A DNA stretch of 64,000 bases from Octopus sinensis. Taxonomy: Eukaryota. The position numbers were made by a program, and so were the translations under genes. Under the pieces are notes generated by a model that did not search any database, was not told the DNA's origin, and saw only the letters and a list, made by a program, of their open reading frames with translations. This document shows positions 14,255 to 28,292 of the stretch, piece by piece (positions within the stretch are counted from its first letter, which is position 1; each line of letters opens with the position of its first letter). The DNA lies in contig NC_042998.1 in assembly GCF_006345805.1 (NCBI RefSeq), forward strand, positions 59,830,001-59,894,000. Direction: 5' to 3'.

Positions 14255-14990
14255 TCTCATACGAATGGAAAAACAATTAACAACAAATGGCCTGTACCTT
14301 ATAATAGCGCATTGGTATTCCACGAGAAGATGCTAGGTGTGTCACAGTGTAATCTGAACATTATTTCTTCCCTATACTTTTTAGTTATATTTTTAGTTCA
14401 AGTGTTCCGCCGATTTTTTGACAAGAATACAAATGTACTGCAAATGAAAAAGGCTGCCGAGCACTACCATATGATGAAACTATATTAAGAGCATTTAAAT
14501 GCCACTACAACGTTGAAATCGTTGCCTTAGTGAGGTCAGTTAAATACGTAATCACTAACATGCTTAAAAGGAAATTAGTAAGCTGCTGTTCAAATAAACA
14601 ATAATAACGAAATTAGTCAATATCTAATGGGTAGGTTTATTGGACCATCCAAAGCAGTTACATCTATTTTAGGATTTTCAATTCATGAAAGAGCACCTGC
14701 AATAGTGACACTGCAAGTTCATCTACCAGATGAACAAAGAATATTGCTCAGAAATAATGAGGATGTATATATGGCTGTCAATGAACAACATATGAAAACA
14801 ATATTGGCAAAGTTCTTTTGATCGTGTATCAATGATCACTTTGCAAAAACATTAATTTAGGCTGAAATACCCATGTATTTTATTTGGAACAGTAGTAACA
14901 AAGAACGGCAAAGAAGAAAGCGAGAAAAAAGTTGAAGACCATTTGAACGTTTTCAAAGAAGAAACATTTGTTCGTTTTTACGTTGGCTGT
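14255..14990 (+). mobile_element. Degraded Helitron Rep-helicase fragment
   Basis: NNKWPVPYNSAL / RAFKCHYNVE..NEISQYLMGRFIGPSKAVTSILGFSIHERAPAIVTLQVHLP..AEIPMYFIW match Helitron motifs (DNRWVVPYNP, HINVE, LxVHLP). Confidence 0.8.
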
Positions 14991-16699
14991 AAATTAGACA
15001 AGTCATTTTATTTAATGGTTTGGTTTGAAGAATGATGCTTTACTATTTCAAACCCTGGCTCTTATGTGCGTCACATCTAAGTCGAAAATGAATACATGTG
15101 AACAATTCTTATTCTAATTTAAACGTTATGTTTTCGAAAAGTTTACTAACTGAGCTTCACTAAATATTTTATCGGTTCTCCTATTAGTTTCCTTTACTTA
15201 TTCATAACTATTTCCTACAGTTTCTTTGTTATATAATACTTTCACTTTCTGGCAGTTTATTTTGGTCTGTTTGTCTCTTCTTATTCTTTTTCATACATTG
15301 TCTGATTTACAAATGTTGTCTGTGTATCTTCCTTCAATCACAGCGCGATAATTTCCTTGTCTTCCTCCGGGCCCATTCAATTCATTTGTTTTATTGTTTT
15401 TGTTTACCATATATTTACACTCATATTTCGTTACTCGCTGTACAAATGAAGTAATCCAAGACTACATGCATATACACACTGACCAATACATTTACACGCA
15501 TACACGAAAACTCACACACACACCAAGTAACACAAACCTACACACAAAAAAAAACACATACAAATACAAACACTTGTTTTTCATTGTCATGGCTTCTTTT
15601 ATTCAAGTTTAGAATTAGCAACTATTCCTACATTTTTCCGAAATCAAAAAATATTCAGAAATGAAAATGTTATTAACCCCACTAACCACTGGACCATGCA
15701 CTTTTACCAGTACGTTAAAACATACAAAATATCCACATAGGGTCCCAGTCAAGGAATATGACTGCCCTACTACTCTCGTACAGGGTCAAACCTAACCAAT
15801 GGGTATTCGAAGTTTGTTTCAGCTCGGTTGTAAATTCTTGCTTGATCAGGAATGCTAGACTGAGGCCGACATTTCATGACATTGAAATAAACATGATTGG
15901 TTATATAAGTATAAATGTGAGACCTATATTTTGATTGTCGTAGCACAACAATAGGCAGGTGCTAAGGCATACATAATGTCGATGTGGAGTTGTTAGCACA
16001 ATTCACCTTTCAGGGCATCTACATATTTCGATTATTCATAATATATTCAGATGTTGTTCCAGTGAACTGAAGACAATCATCTTCCTAAAAATAATACACA
16101 CATACACACACAAACGCACATCCACACTGAAACATATGTGCGCGTACATATACATACACCCAGATAGGCAGACAGACAGACGCACGCACACACACACAAA
16201 GAGAGAGTGATAAAAAAATTTTAAATGCTTAGAGAAATTTGCTACGTAAAAACAAAGACAGCATGTGCATTTTTGACTCACATACATGCATATACACACA
16301 CACTCACATAAGCACTCACACATATATATGTATAAAACAAAAACTTCAACGTGCATCAATATGATACAGGAATTATGAATAGAAATATTAATACTCATAT
16401 GTATATTCATCTATATACGTATGTTTGTGTGTATCTGTATTAATGTATGTATGTACGTATGTATGTATGTATGTATGTATGTATGTATGTATATATGTAT
16501 GTATGTATGTATGTGTGTGTGTATGTATGCTTGTATGTATGTATGTATATATGTATAATAAATTCGTATAGATGAATAGAGCGCAATCTCAGGAAGTCAC
16601 GGAAAGAGTTCATTCATACAGAACCCCAGATGGCGCTCACGAAAGGATCTTAATGGAGTAAACCATTCTCTCCTTAAGCGAAAACAATAATATATTAGA

Positions 16700-17880
16700 T
16701 TTCTGCTTCACCAAACCAAATGATAGAATTAACGATGTCTACTCCAAAAGTAATTAAATATGTATTCCACACAGGTAACACCCAAACGATATCCAGTCTG
16801 GTCTCACTGGAAGAAAAACAGATATTCCTGTAAAATTGGCTCAAATATCACTCTTTGCAAGACATTCATATGAAACTTTATGGCGATAACGCAAGCAATA
16901 CACATTAAATTTGTCCCAGACATGAGACAGTTACACACAAAAGCATCATTCCCCGAGACAGGTGAGTCCTTAAGAGTCGGAGAAAAAAGATCTTCAATCA
17001 CTTCAATAAATAACTTAATGACAGCGAGAATTCCTCCCTCAAAAGGCCCTCTCAGAGACGGAAAATACATTTACACTCTCCCATTGAAAGAAAGTGTAAA
17101 AGGAGAAACCAGAACGGTCGAAATATAAAAATGAATCCTAAAGCCTTTTACAAGCTTGCAAAATAATTTATCTCTGTGCAGTACAAGATAGGACTACTAT
17201 TTGAAGAAGGCGGCTCAGAAGGAATAAACAATTCCAAAGTGTCTTCACATCTCCACTGGAAAATACGGAAATAAACAAGGTTAATGAATTTTTCAACAAC
17301 GCAGATCTACATGGGAAAGAGATAACCATCGATTACATCAACATAGAAGAGGAAGATTTAATTATGGCCACCGACGGGCCCAGATGGATTTCCAGTTGTT
17401 CTTTTAAAGATATGCAAGGATCTCTCGTAAAACCATGCATATACGTCTTTAGAATCTTCTTGCACGTGGTAAACTTTCCAAAATGTTAAAAGAAGGTATA
17501 AACACCCTTGTCCATAAAGGAGGAAGCAGAGCAGATGATAAATTTACAGGTCTATCTCACTGACCACATATTAGCAAAGACATGGAAGGCAGTGTTAGAA
17601 GGAGGTTTGTCAAATTCATGGAAAAAATAAATTTCTTACAAACACCAACATGGCTTACGTCTAGGGAGGAACTGCCACATAACTACTACAGCTTTACGAT
17701 TGGATACTGAGACAACAGCTCAACCATTTAATTGTGGATGTGATATATCTCGATTTTACTTCGGATTTTGACAAAGGTGACCATAATGTGGCCTTAGTAT
17801 TGCTGCAACACTAGGAGGACGGCTGCATGACATTTTAAAAGCTAGAGTTCAGAGAGCTGCATCAAATGGTGCTTTCTCTC
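16700..17880 (+). mobile_element. Degraded CR1/L2-type LINE fragment (RT N-terminal half)
   Basis: Manual translation: GPDGFPVVLLK, LVHKGGSRA, QHGLRLGRNC, VDVIYLDF..FDK. Confidence 0.75.
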
Positions 17881-18625
17881 AGGAGGAATCAATTTACAGA
17901 CAAAAGATATTCTAAATATTTATACATGTCTGTATATATCAATTATGAATTTATTGTATTCATATTATAATTAAAATTAGTATGATATTCATGAATGCAT
18001 TTCCAATTGTGTAAAGAAACACAGAATTAAAATGGTATCTCATACATTCCTATTCTGGAAATAACATAATTCACCAGGAAGTTAAAATTATACGTGTAAT
18101 AATCTCAATTAAAATAAAATAATGCCATGCATATATTTGATTACCGTAAGTGTATTGCAGCTGTTGCTACTGCTGCTGCTGTTGCTGCTACTACTACTAC
18201 TACTACTACACACACGCCCATATATGTACATACCCGCACATATTTATATACGCATACATAGACACGCATATACAAAAATTGAATATACATATGGGCGTGT
18301 GTGTGTATGAGTGCATAGGGGCTTATCCGTTTATGTACGTGGTTTTTATGCTTTGTATACTTCCTTATATTTTTTCTGTTATCTTTAACCATGTTTTTTT
18401 CTGGTGTTTGTGCGTATATAGACGTATGTATGAACTTTTACGGTACGCATGTGTGTGTGTATGAGGTTGTATATATATGCGTATATATTTGGCGAAAAAT
18501 GCGAGTGAAGATGTGTACATTTTCATAATGACGTATAAGTACGCACGTGGGTACGCGAGCAGAATTATTATACAGTAATTTCCCTTTATATAACGGTATT
18601 TTTTCAAAGCGTTTTTCAGATAGCC

Positions 18626-18688
18626 AGATAACCGAAGAGATGGTGTTGTGGATTTCCACTTCGGCATCTGAAACTCAGAGTTTTATCT
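18626..18688 (+). ncRNA. Type-I hammerhead motif, U4C core
   Basis: agataa-CCGAAGA-gatg..catc(t)-GAAA-ctcagagt-T-ttatct; perfect 6-bp stem I. Confidence 0.7.
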
Positions 18689-18787
18689 TGCCTATTGAGT
18701 AATGTAACATATTATTTTATAGATAAATTTCCTCTATTTACATAATATTGAGGTCTCTTTCTTTCTTTTGTGAGCTTACCGTTTTTA

Positions 18788-18836
<49 letters not shown>

Positions 18837-19243
18837 GTGTATCTGTGTTTCTCTTTGTACCTCACCTACCGCTTGACAACTGATGGTGGTGTGTTTATAT
18901 CCCTGTAGCCTAGAGGTTCGGAATATGAGATATCCCAGCCTACATACATACATAATTGTTATTATCAATCTGTAACATAGCAACGATTGTTTCGGCATAG
19001 ACCTAATCGTAAAGATATTCAATAATCATACAAATAACGAGTAAGACCATGATGCAAAGAGGAGAAAATGAAATAATTCATGGAGACAGGAAAGGTAAAA
19101 CGCACGACTGAAACACTGTAAAAACTTTAACCAAAAGACAAGTATCGATGAAGCGTGCCACGGATATGAATATGAAGAGTCTCACGAATATGTTATTAGA
19201 AAAACTTTATCATTATATTAGAAGTATATATATATATATATAT

Positions 19244-19403
19244 ACGACGGGTTTCTTTCAGTTTCCGTCCACCAAATATACTCAAAAGGCTTTGGTTGGC
19301 CTGAGGCTAGGGTAGAAGACACTTGCCCAAGTTGTCACGCAGTGGGACTGAACCTGGAACCATGTAATTCGTAAGCAAGCTACTTACCATACAGCCACTT
19401 CTA
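19244..19403 (-). mobile_element. tRNA-derived SINE 5' half
   Basis: Same family as 25516-25872. Confidence 0.8.
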
Positions 19404-19413
19404 CTCAGATATG

Positions 19414-19469
<56 letters not shown>

Positions 19470-20398
19470 GATAGATGCACGTATGTATGTATGGGTATAC
19501 ATGTGCATATATGTATGCATGTGTGTATGTGTATATGTATATGTGTATGTGCGTGTGTGTGTGTATATGTATTTATATATATATATGTACACGTATAGTG
19601 TCCGTGTATATATGCGCATATTCTGTTGTATGTATGTATATATGCGCATGTGTGTGGGTGTATATGTGTTTATGTATATGTTTACACGTGAGTACATATG
19701 TATGCTTATATGCTTGGAGCTGTGTATGCGCGCGTATATGTGCGCGTGTATATGGGTGTATGTATCCATGCTGGTATGTATGTACAAGATGACCACTTAA
19801 TTCAAGGAACTAGATTAACTGCTCAACAGCTCTGATTTACAATACACTAGGTCCCCAGACGCCCCTGTTGATTTATTGACACCCAAAGCTTCTACAACTA
19901 AATTTTGTCATTTTCCTGACCACCATGTTTGGTCCGTAACCACTATACATCCCTTATCTTTATATTTTTTTTACATTTTTATCATTTTTATTCCTATTTT
20001 TATTTTTTTACTTTTATTTCTATTTCTATTTTTACTTTATAACCTTATACCTTTATATTCATTTATATTTTTTTATATTCTTTATATCCCCTTTATATCT
20101 CCTTATATCTCTTTATATCTTTATACTCTACATTTTTATATTTTTCTATACTTACACTTTTTATATATTTTTTATCATTCGTCCTGAATTCTCGCCCCTC
20201 CATCTTTACCCCTATTTACTCTTATTACCAGGTCCCTTCACGTCTATATATGTATTTCTCATTCTACATTGAGAGAAGAAAGAGATGGACGCTTCAATTC
20301 TATGCTGTTGCCGCATTATGTCGTACGCGAATGAGAGGATTTGCATCCCCAACCAAGAATTTTTGATGTAACACATGTCCTTGTGGAAGCTGTTGTGC

Positions 20399-20476
20399 GC
20401 GACTGAAGAAGGCCACAGACATACATTATGCATTGTTATAAATCTGTCTAATAAAGGCCCGAAACATATGTACCGC
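20399..20476 (+). ncRNA. Type-I hammerhead motif, canonical core
   Basis: gcga-CTGAAGA-aggcc..ggccc-GAAA-catatgt-A-ccgc. Palindromic helix III ACATATGT; single mismatches at the bases of stems I and II. Confidence 0.75.
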
Positions 20477-20516
20477 TGAATCCTTGGCATCATGTTTTTA
20501 TTTTGATCAATATATA

Positions 20517-20591
<75 letters not shown>

Positions 20592-20597
20592 AATCCC

Positions 20598-20790
20598 GCA
20601 GGCGTGGCAGTGTGGTAAGAAGCTTTCTTCCCAACCACATAGCTCGGGTTCACTCCTACTGCGTGGCAGCTTGGGCAAGTGTCTGCTACTATAGCCTCGG
20701 GCCGACCAAAGTCTTGCCGTCGATATCTTCAACTAAAATAAATTCCTAAAGCCATGCTGCAGCATGCCTGCAGTCCTATGATAAAAGCAA
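20598..20790 (+). mobile_element. tRNA-derived SINE 5' half
   Basis: gcaggcgtggcagtgtggtaagaagc..gggttcactcc head. Confidence 0.75.
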
Positions 20791-20810
20791 GTAACCGAAC
20801 AAAAGAATAT

Positions 20811-20845
<35 letters not shown>

Positions 20846-21844
20846 CTTTTACTTCATCTTTAACTTGTTTCAGTCATTAAACTCCGGCCATGTTGGGGCA
20901 CCACCTTGTTAAAAAATATGGAACACTTCACGAATTTGCGTTTCAAACCCGTTATTGGGATCGGTAAAAGAAAGGGCTAGACATGTATGGGTTTGCTTTT
21001 ATCGAACATCCTGTCCAAACAAACTTGCGGACCATGTTCCTGAATCAGAGACTATTATTATTGCTATTGTTCTTGTCATTTTATTGATTCTGTGGCTGCT
21101 GCGATTGCTTTTGTTGTTGCTATTGTTTTCTTTTTAAATCAATAGCGTACATGTTATAATGTATTTCACAGCTCGGAGGCAGCATGCCAAAATGATGAGA
21201 AAGGACAGTATATCGGGAAAAATCGTTTAACTAGTTATAGAGGGGATAGATGGAGGAAAGGAGGAATTTAGCAGCAAGTTAGGTGAAAACATATTAGGTC
21301 GTAGAATCTGTAGGAGAGAAAAGGCTTTAATGAGGGTGGCTGTGAATGAAGATTATAAAACAAAGAAGGGGAGAAGGGGGAAGAGAAAAGTGGAGACGTC
21401 AAAGGACTGATTCCTTTGGCAATGGCTATTACTAACTTTATTTTTGTATTGGATAATTATATTCCATTTGAAACAGTGTAATTAATTTTAAAATTACATT
21501 AACCAATTCAATTTGCAGCCAAGTGTCAGAATATTTTAGGGTTATTCATAGTAAAAATATAAAAAGGCTATATGAGTCACGGCAATGTTTAGATTAAGTA
21601 GTATCTTCACAAATGAACAAATATTTCATGATATTGCTACTAATGAATAGGGGTCTTGCATAGAAATGGATTTTATCATAGAATCTACAACATCAAACAG
21701 AATTCTGCAACAACTAATTATAGGAAGAGTAAATCAAACATCTGTCGCTGTAATCTTTTTCGTAACTGAAAGGAATCTACTAATATAGGCAAAATTTCCA
21801 ATATACCACTAAATAGATACTTCCCAATGTAACATTTAAATCAG

Positions 21845-22048
21845 CTTCAAATTTTGGCACAAGTCCAGGGTAGAGGACAGGTCGATTACATCAACGCCAG
21901 TGCTAAACTGGTACGTATATGATCGACCCAAAAAGGATGAAGGGCAAAGTCGACCTTGGCGGAATTTGAATCCAGAATATAAAGACGGATGAAATGCCGC
22001 TTAGCACTTTATCCGGCATGCTAACCATGCTGTCCACTCACCGCCTTA
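21845..22048 (-). mobile_element. tRNA-derived SINE
   Basis: Homologous to 12044-12270. Confidence 0.75.
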
Positions 22049-22429
22049 CTTAGTAACATTAATATTGGATTCAAATTTTGGAATAAAGCCAGCAATTTCG
22101 GGGTCGATTACATAGATCCTAATGATCAACTAACGAAAGGCAAAGTCCACCTCGGCATAATGCACTGTAACATTAATATTACACATTTTATAGTACTACA
22201 ATTAAATTTCATATTGTAAACCATACACTACTAAACTGAATTACCTTTATCCACTATAAATTTTACGCTCACATCTATCTACAGATATATTATAACTTTG
22301 AACACAATACCGTTGCAGATTATTTAGACCGCTAATAACGTTCATCTTAACATGCCGTGTCATTTCTTACAGTTGATTAATGAATTATACCTTTTAATCT
22401 AAATAATTTATTTAAGGCAATACGATAGT

Positions 22430-22770
22430 TAAATGTTTTGAGCGTCGGACCAAATTCATTGCCGTATTTGTTCTGGTTCCATATATTCTGAGTTCAAATC
22501 TTACCAAGATGAAACTTACCTGTCATTCTTGTAGGGGTCGATAAACTAAAATACCAGCTAATATGAGGGTAAAGGTAAAGCGGGCGAAATTTTGAACGGT
22601 ATTTCGTTCGCCTTTATATTCTGCGTTCAAATTCCACCGAAGTTGACTTTGCCTTTCATCCTTTCAGGATCGATATAATGAGTACTAGTTCATCACTATG
22701 GTCGATGTAATCAATATATCTCCCCCACCCCGAAAATGCTGACCCCGTTTCAAAATTTAAAATCAATATT
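22430..22770 (+). mobile_element. Two degraded SINE copies
   Basis: ctgagttcaaat / gactttgcctttcatcc family core motifs. Confidence 0.6.
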
Positions 22771-24544
22771 AGGGTAAAGCGTATCCTCTTACAATTCCTA
22801 TTAATATTAAATTGTAATTTCAGTCTCATACAAACCTGTGATCTTCCATTTTCTCACTTCTAAAATGTTATAGTGTGTTTTAAGGTAAATTTTCCTCAAT
22901 GAATCTTATATAATGATTTAGTTCTGTATATAGCTGTTACATATATTGCCACGTGCGAATATGTGCCTTTTACTGAGTGATAGGTTTGTGCTTCTAAAGT
23001 AATCTGAATCCTTACTACTTAGGTGATTTCATATATTCGTTCAACTTCGCATGAATAACAACTCAATTTCTAACAGTTTCATAGGTACATATTTAATAAT
23101 GATGCATCACTGTATGATATGTAACGTGTGTATATTATACATGTTGTTGGATATATTTACTTATCTTTCACAACGCCTCAAAACATATATATTGTGTGTT
23201 ATTCCAGAATGCTGAATGAGAAAAATTATCTTACTTTTACTTTGAATCAACCAGTCGTCATTTATAGGAAATTATAAGTACTATCTTCACGCCCACTTCT
23301 ACATATGATATGCTACTTCAATACTCCTTAAATTTTTCCAAACATGAAATATCTACACTGAACCTAAACATCATACTCCAAACCAGCATCGATTTGATGT
23401 ACGGAGCAGACCATGCCAACATTGTCACTTTTAACAGCAAAAATATAAACAATCGCTAAACAGACGGTGAAAACAGCATCACACCCCATTCATATCCTTA
23501 ACAGGTAAAGCCTGTAGCTGGAATCCTTGCGGTCGATCGAAATTCAAAGCGTCGTTATTACTATACCAAATGCACTATAACTTAGTGAGGATAGCCAAAT
23601 CGATTTTACTCATCTGTATCAAAGAATAATTTCAGTATGCCCCAACATATGCTGACATGCAGCAAAGTTCAAGTATAGCCCAGAATAAATCAGAGACACG
23701 TTGTAAAAATACCGATTTCCGCAGGCATCCAGAGAATGGCCAATTGAGTGATTGTCAATAAAACACTAACAAACACTCCATTCTGTGGTTTGCATGGATG
23801 CTGTCACTAAATTTTTTCTATAGTTACTAAAACGGCAACCGTTCTTTGGAGCTGGCTGCTCTTGTAATTTTTCGGTTCAGTCACTCGCAACTTGCGTCAT
23901 TGTTCTTGTGTCCACACTATTTCCCACACTGCCCATATTAGTATCCATAGCCATTCCTCCCTGAACATTGTACCTCTGGAATCTCCTTCCAGCACATATT
24001 TCTTGTAGGTGATGGCCCGCAATAATTTAAACAGAACATTGATGTTATCAAAGCACCTGTCTCGGAGGATCTCCAGAGGTGATGATGAACACCACCCCTT
24101 CCTCTAGGAGGTAAAGAAGAAAAACATCTGTAACAAAGTAACAAAAAATAAGAAAAGAAAACAGTGCAATATTTTTCCATTCTCCCTTCGTTTGTTCCTT
24201 TCTTTAACTTTTAATTAATAATGATATATTATTTCATGTGCCGTGAAAAATAAATTTTGTTTAGATTCTTATTTACACCCAGAAAGACACTAATAGCTTA
24301 GGACTAAAATTTAGGGTTTCTCTATTTTCTGTGAATCGATTTTGCTAAACCTATTCCCAACTGATTTGTACATTATAGCAACACTATTGTTGTTTTTATT
24401 ATTCTGTGTCACGTTCTTTCTTCTTTATTTCAGATTCTTCAGTTTTTTGCGTGAACCACGCTAATAGCTTTTGAATGAAAATAGCCCATCTAGGCATTTT
24501 GTTTTCAGAAAATGAAGGGTAATGATACATATTAAGCATACATT

Positions 24545-24583
<39 letters not shown>

Positions 24584-24614
24584 CAAAAAAATAAGCAACA
24601 AGAATGAATATATG

Positions 24615-24680
<66 letters not shown>

Positions 24681-24719
24681 CAGAAAACCATCATATTATA
24701 ACATTTAATAACATCATGA

Positions 24720-25215
24720 ATTATTTAATCACATAAGGGCCATTTCGACGGACAACTTCAAAAACCCTAGTGGTCATGGAATCTGTCAATTCCTTAATAG
24801 TAGCAGGTTGGAGTGTCTCTGCTGCAGTTTTGATGGTCACTCATAAGACATCTTTCGACGTAAATTGGCGTCCATTGGCATAAACATCTTGTTTAATGAT
24901 GGACCAAAGATTTTCGATAGGGTTGAGATCCGAGATATTAGCTGCCATACCGTCAACTTTTCACCTTGTATGCCGTAAGACCCTAGGAATGTTTGAGTAG
25001 TCCTAGCAGAGTGGGAGGGAGCGTTGTCCTGCACGAATACGAGATTCCTTAGAAATAAGAGCCGTATGTCATCTAGCCAGGGATCCAAGACCTCCTTCAG
25101 GAGATTGCAGTAGGCGGCTGTGGTCACTTTAATCTCTTCAGACACTCTAATTGAGCCAACAAGTGTGTCCCCAAGATACTAGCCCACAACATGACTCCTC
25201 TTGTGAAGAGGTAGG
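24720..25215 (-). mobile_element. Tc1-type transposase C-terminal relic
   Basis: VFVQDNAPSHSARTTQTFL, then a frameshifted DLNPIENLWSIIK. Confidence 0.8.
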
Positions 25216-25515
25216 ATCTGTGTGAATAATTATTTCCTTGGCTCTTTAAATTTTTGAATTGACTTGTACAGTATTCCAGTTCCATCAAAGTTCTGCCAAT
25301 GCTAAGAATATTCATTATATATTTATACACCAATTCAACTCTGCCTAGGGACATTAGAAAAATATTGATAATCAATTATAGCAAATATGTAAATGATGCC
25401 ATCACTAAGAATTATGAAAATATTTAGGTATAATTTAATACTAACTGAACGTTGCTCCATTTATTTCCTCTCAACTTTACACATAAATTTATTATATCCT
25501 CCTGCCAACACTCTT

Positions 25516-25872
25516 TACTCTTTACTCTTTTACTTGTTTCAGTCACCCGACTGCGGCCATGCTGGAGCACCACCTTTTAGTACTTATTCCATCGGTCTCT
25601 TTTTGCCGAACCGCTAAGTGACGGGGACGTAAACACACCAGCATCGGTTGTCAAGCAATGCTAGGGGGACAAACACAGACACACAAACACACACACATAT
25701 ACATATATACGACAGGCTTCTTTCAGTTTCCGTCTACCAAATCCACTCACAAGGCATTGGTCGGCCCGGGGCTATAGCAGAAGACACTTGCCCAAGATGC
25801 CACGCAGTGGGGCTGAACCCGCAACCGTGTGGTTGGTTAGCAAGCTACTTACCACACAGCCACTCCTGCGCC
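25516..25872 (-). mobile_element. tRNA-derived SINE, full length
   Basis: Head GGCGCAGGAGTGGCTGTGTGGTAAGTAGC..GGGTTCAGCCCC, internal (GT)n, tail ending AAACAAGTAAAAGAG. Confidence 0.88.
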
Positions 25873-26049
25873 TAATACAATCTCTACATAATTTATGTTA
25901 AGAAAATCATTAAGTACTTGAATAATAATATGAATATCAAAATAATAATAATACAATGAGGAATGGGTGGCATATTTGATTATCAAAAACAGCCTTTTGC
26001 TCAATCTGGCAGTTAAATGCACTTAGAATGAGTCAGTTAAATGATACTG

Positions 26050-28075
26050 TTATGTCGCACGTTCGGATGTCTTCTACTCAACTCTGCTCTCTCTAGTCTA
26101 CTACGACTGCTACTCATTCTTTATTTTGGCACTCAGGCCACTTAACACAGAGGGGACACTACTAGGACAGACACAACACAACAGGGGGACAATAAACATA
26201 TAACGAATGAATACGAATTATATAAAGATGTAAGATGAATGACTGCATGGGCCCCACTCCTCATACAGTACCATTTGAACATTAGTACAAACTGTTCTTA
26301 CAATCATGCTATATTGTCCGTTGTTTTTTCTTAATTAACGTTTTTTTTTCTCTTTTTCCTTCGAAGCACTTTTTTCCCTTCTTTTTTCCTTTTTTTAAAC
26401 AAAGTAACTTTACTTACTCTTTTTTGCCTCCTTTTAATGCCTCATACAAGGCTCCAGATCTGTAAGTTCGATTACTGGTGGTAGTTCGTTGAACTCCACC
26501 AATACTCCTGCTGGGTCAATCCTACTTCCGCACATTTCTTCGAGTCTCTTATAAGTCTCTTTATCGACCACAATGGCCTTGAAGTTTCCTGAGTATGTGT
26601 CGCTGGGTAATTTTACTCTTATGATATGTTTAAATTTTATAATTCCTTTTTCAACTTCCTTGTTTTTGACATAATTTACGAAATTCCACCTGTTCTTCCT
26701 TCTTTTAGGCTTTCTCTTTTCTGTATTTTCCATCTCTCTTATTGTATATATCTGCTGAGTACTCTCTCCCTCCGGTTTTGACATCGTCTCCTTCTCTGTC
26801 ACTAGCTGTGAACAATTTTTCCATCTCACCATCGTGTAGTTACGCTCCAGAATCTTTCTCCTTCGCCAAATCCACTGACGTCTTCAACCTTGTTTCCTCC
26901 TGTAATTCGTTCTCGCACACCTTACTAAGTATTTTTCCACTTTCTTTCTCCACCATACTTTTGTCAGCTTTCCTTCACATCTCACCTTTCTTTTCCACCT
27001 CTTCTTTCTTCTTTCTCTGGTTAGCCGGTGGCGGGCTTACTCTTCCGCTTCTCCTTTTTCTTTCAACCAGCGTGAATCCCTCCTCCGTTGTTTTCTCTTC
27101 ATTTTCCACCTGTATTGCCTGTTCCACACCTTCTTGTGTCTCTTTCCGCTCTCTCTGTGGGCACCTCGCCTTCATGTGGCCTTTCTCTCCACATCCAAAG
27201 CATACAGGCTTCCACTTTAGTTCTTAGTGCAAAGCCGTCAGGCAGCACTATTTCTTCCACAATCCTATTTAGATCGTCCACAGTTGCTTGGCTAGTAAGT
27301 TCTATCCCATAACCCAGTAGTCAAGTTTATTGGTCCTTGTGGCCTTTAATATTTTGGCTCCGTCCTGCTTGTTATATATTATGGCTGTCATGAGCCATGC
27401 CTCTTCCAGTTCAGGGGGTACTTGTCCTACTCCTACTCTAGCCACGCGTTTGCCACAGTACGACGGCAAAAGTATCCATTCCTCTGAGCGAATTGCCTCC
27501 GTTGCATGATTAATTGCCTCCTCTTCCGACGTGAAGCGTACATCCACAGTGGTATACTTTCTTCCTCTCATTCTATCAGCTTTTTCATGTTCTCCAATAC
27601 TTTTTCTATTTCTTCCACAGATGCAACGTCTATTTTTCTTGTCCCGATTCTCATTGTCTTGTAGGTAACAGTTTACTATGCTGTTTGTCAGCTCAGCCGG
27701 AGACGTCAACTTCAACGTCTGGCCCTCCTTCTCTAGCAACTTCTCGCATGCCTTCATCTTTCTTGGTTCAACCTTGATCTCGTAGGTCTCTAACATCTTC
27801 TCTTCTGTTCCTTTTCCAGTTGCGGCTGCATAACTAAGGCCGTCCGCTGGCACCGTCTCCATTTTCCTCAACGGGAAAAATTAACACAACAAAATTTCGC
27901 AACAAAAAATTCACAATGATAACAAACAGCAATGTTCAACAATTAATTTACGCAATACTCACAATAACACTCCGACTTCAACAGCTCAACTTCAAAAATA
28001 ACGCTTTCGACTACCAAAAACTCGACTCGACTCTACTCTCTGACGTCTAGACATCTCCCACTATATCTACGTATT
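26050..28075 (-). mobile_element. L1/Tx1-type element carrying only a disrupted gag-like ORF1 (about 27871 to 26434)
   Basis: SYAAAT motif near the N-terminus, RRM-like VDVRF segment, zinc knuckle CFGCGEKGHMKARC (CX2CX4HX4C), charged linker. No ORF2 follows; AATAAA at 26120-26125. Confidence 0.75.
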
Positions 28076-28261
28076 GGGCTAGCGTACTTCATCGTCTTTG
28101 GGCCTCCACACAACAGAGGCTAATTTCTCATAATGTTGCAAATGGAATATACTTGCCAAATACATAAATTAATGCTGTGAATCTACCATTACTCTTTGAT
28201 TTGTCTATATAAACTCACCTTCATCTTTTCCTCCCTCTTCTTTCTTTTCCTACTCTCTCTT

Positions 28262-28292
<31 letters not shown>

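Noticed and set aside
14925-14980. HHR-like TTGAAGA..GAAACATTTGT
   Set aside because: Stems pair poorly, and the sequence reads in frame as Helitron coding (KVEDHLNVFKEETF).
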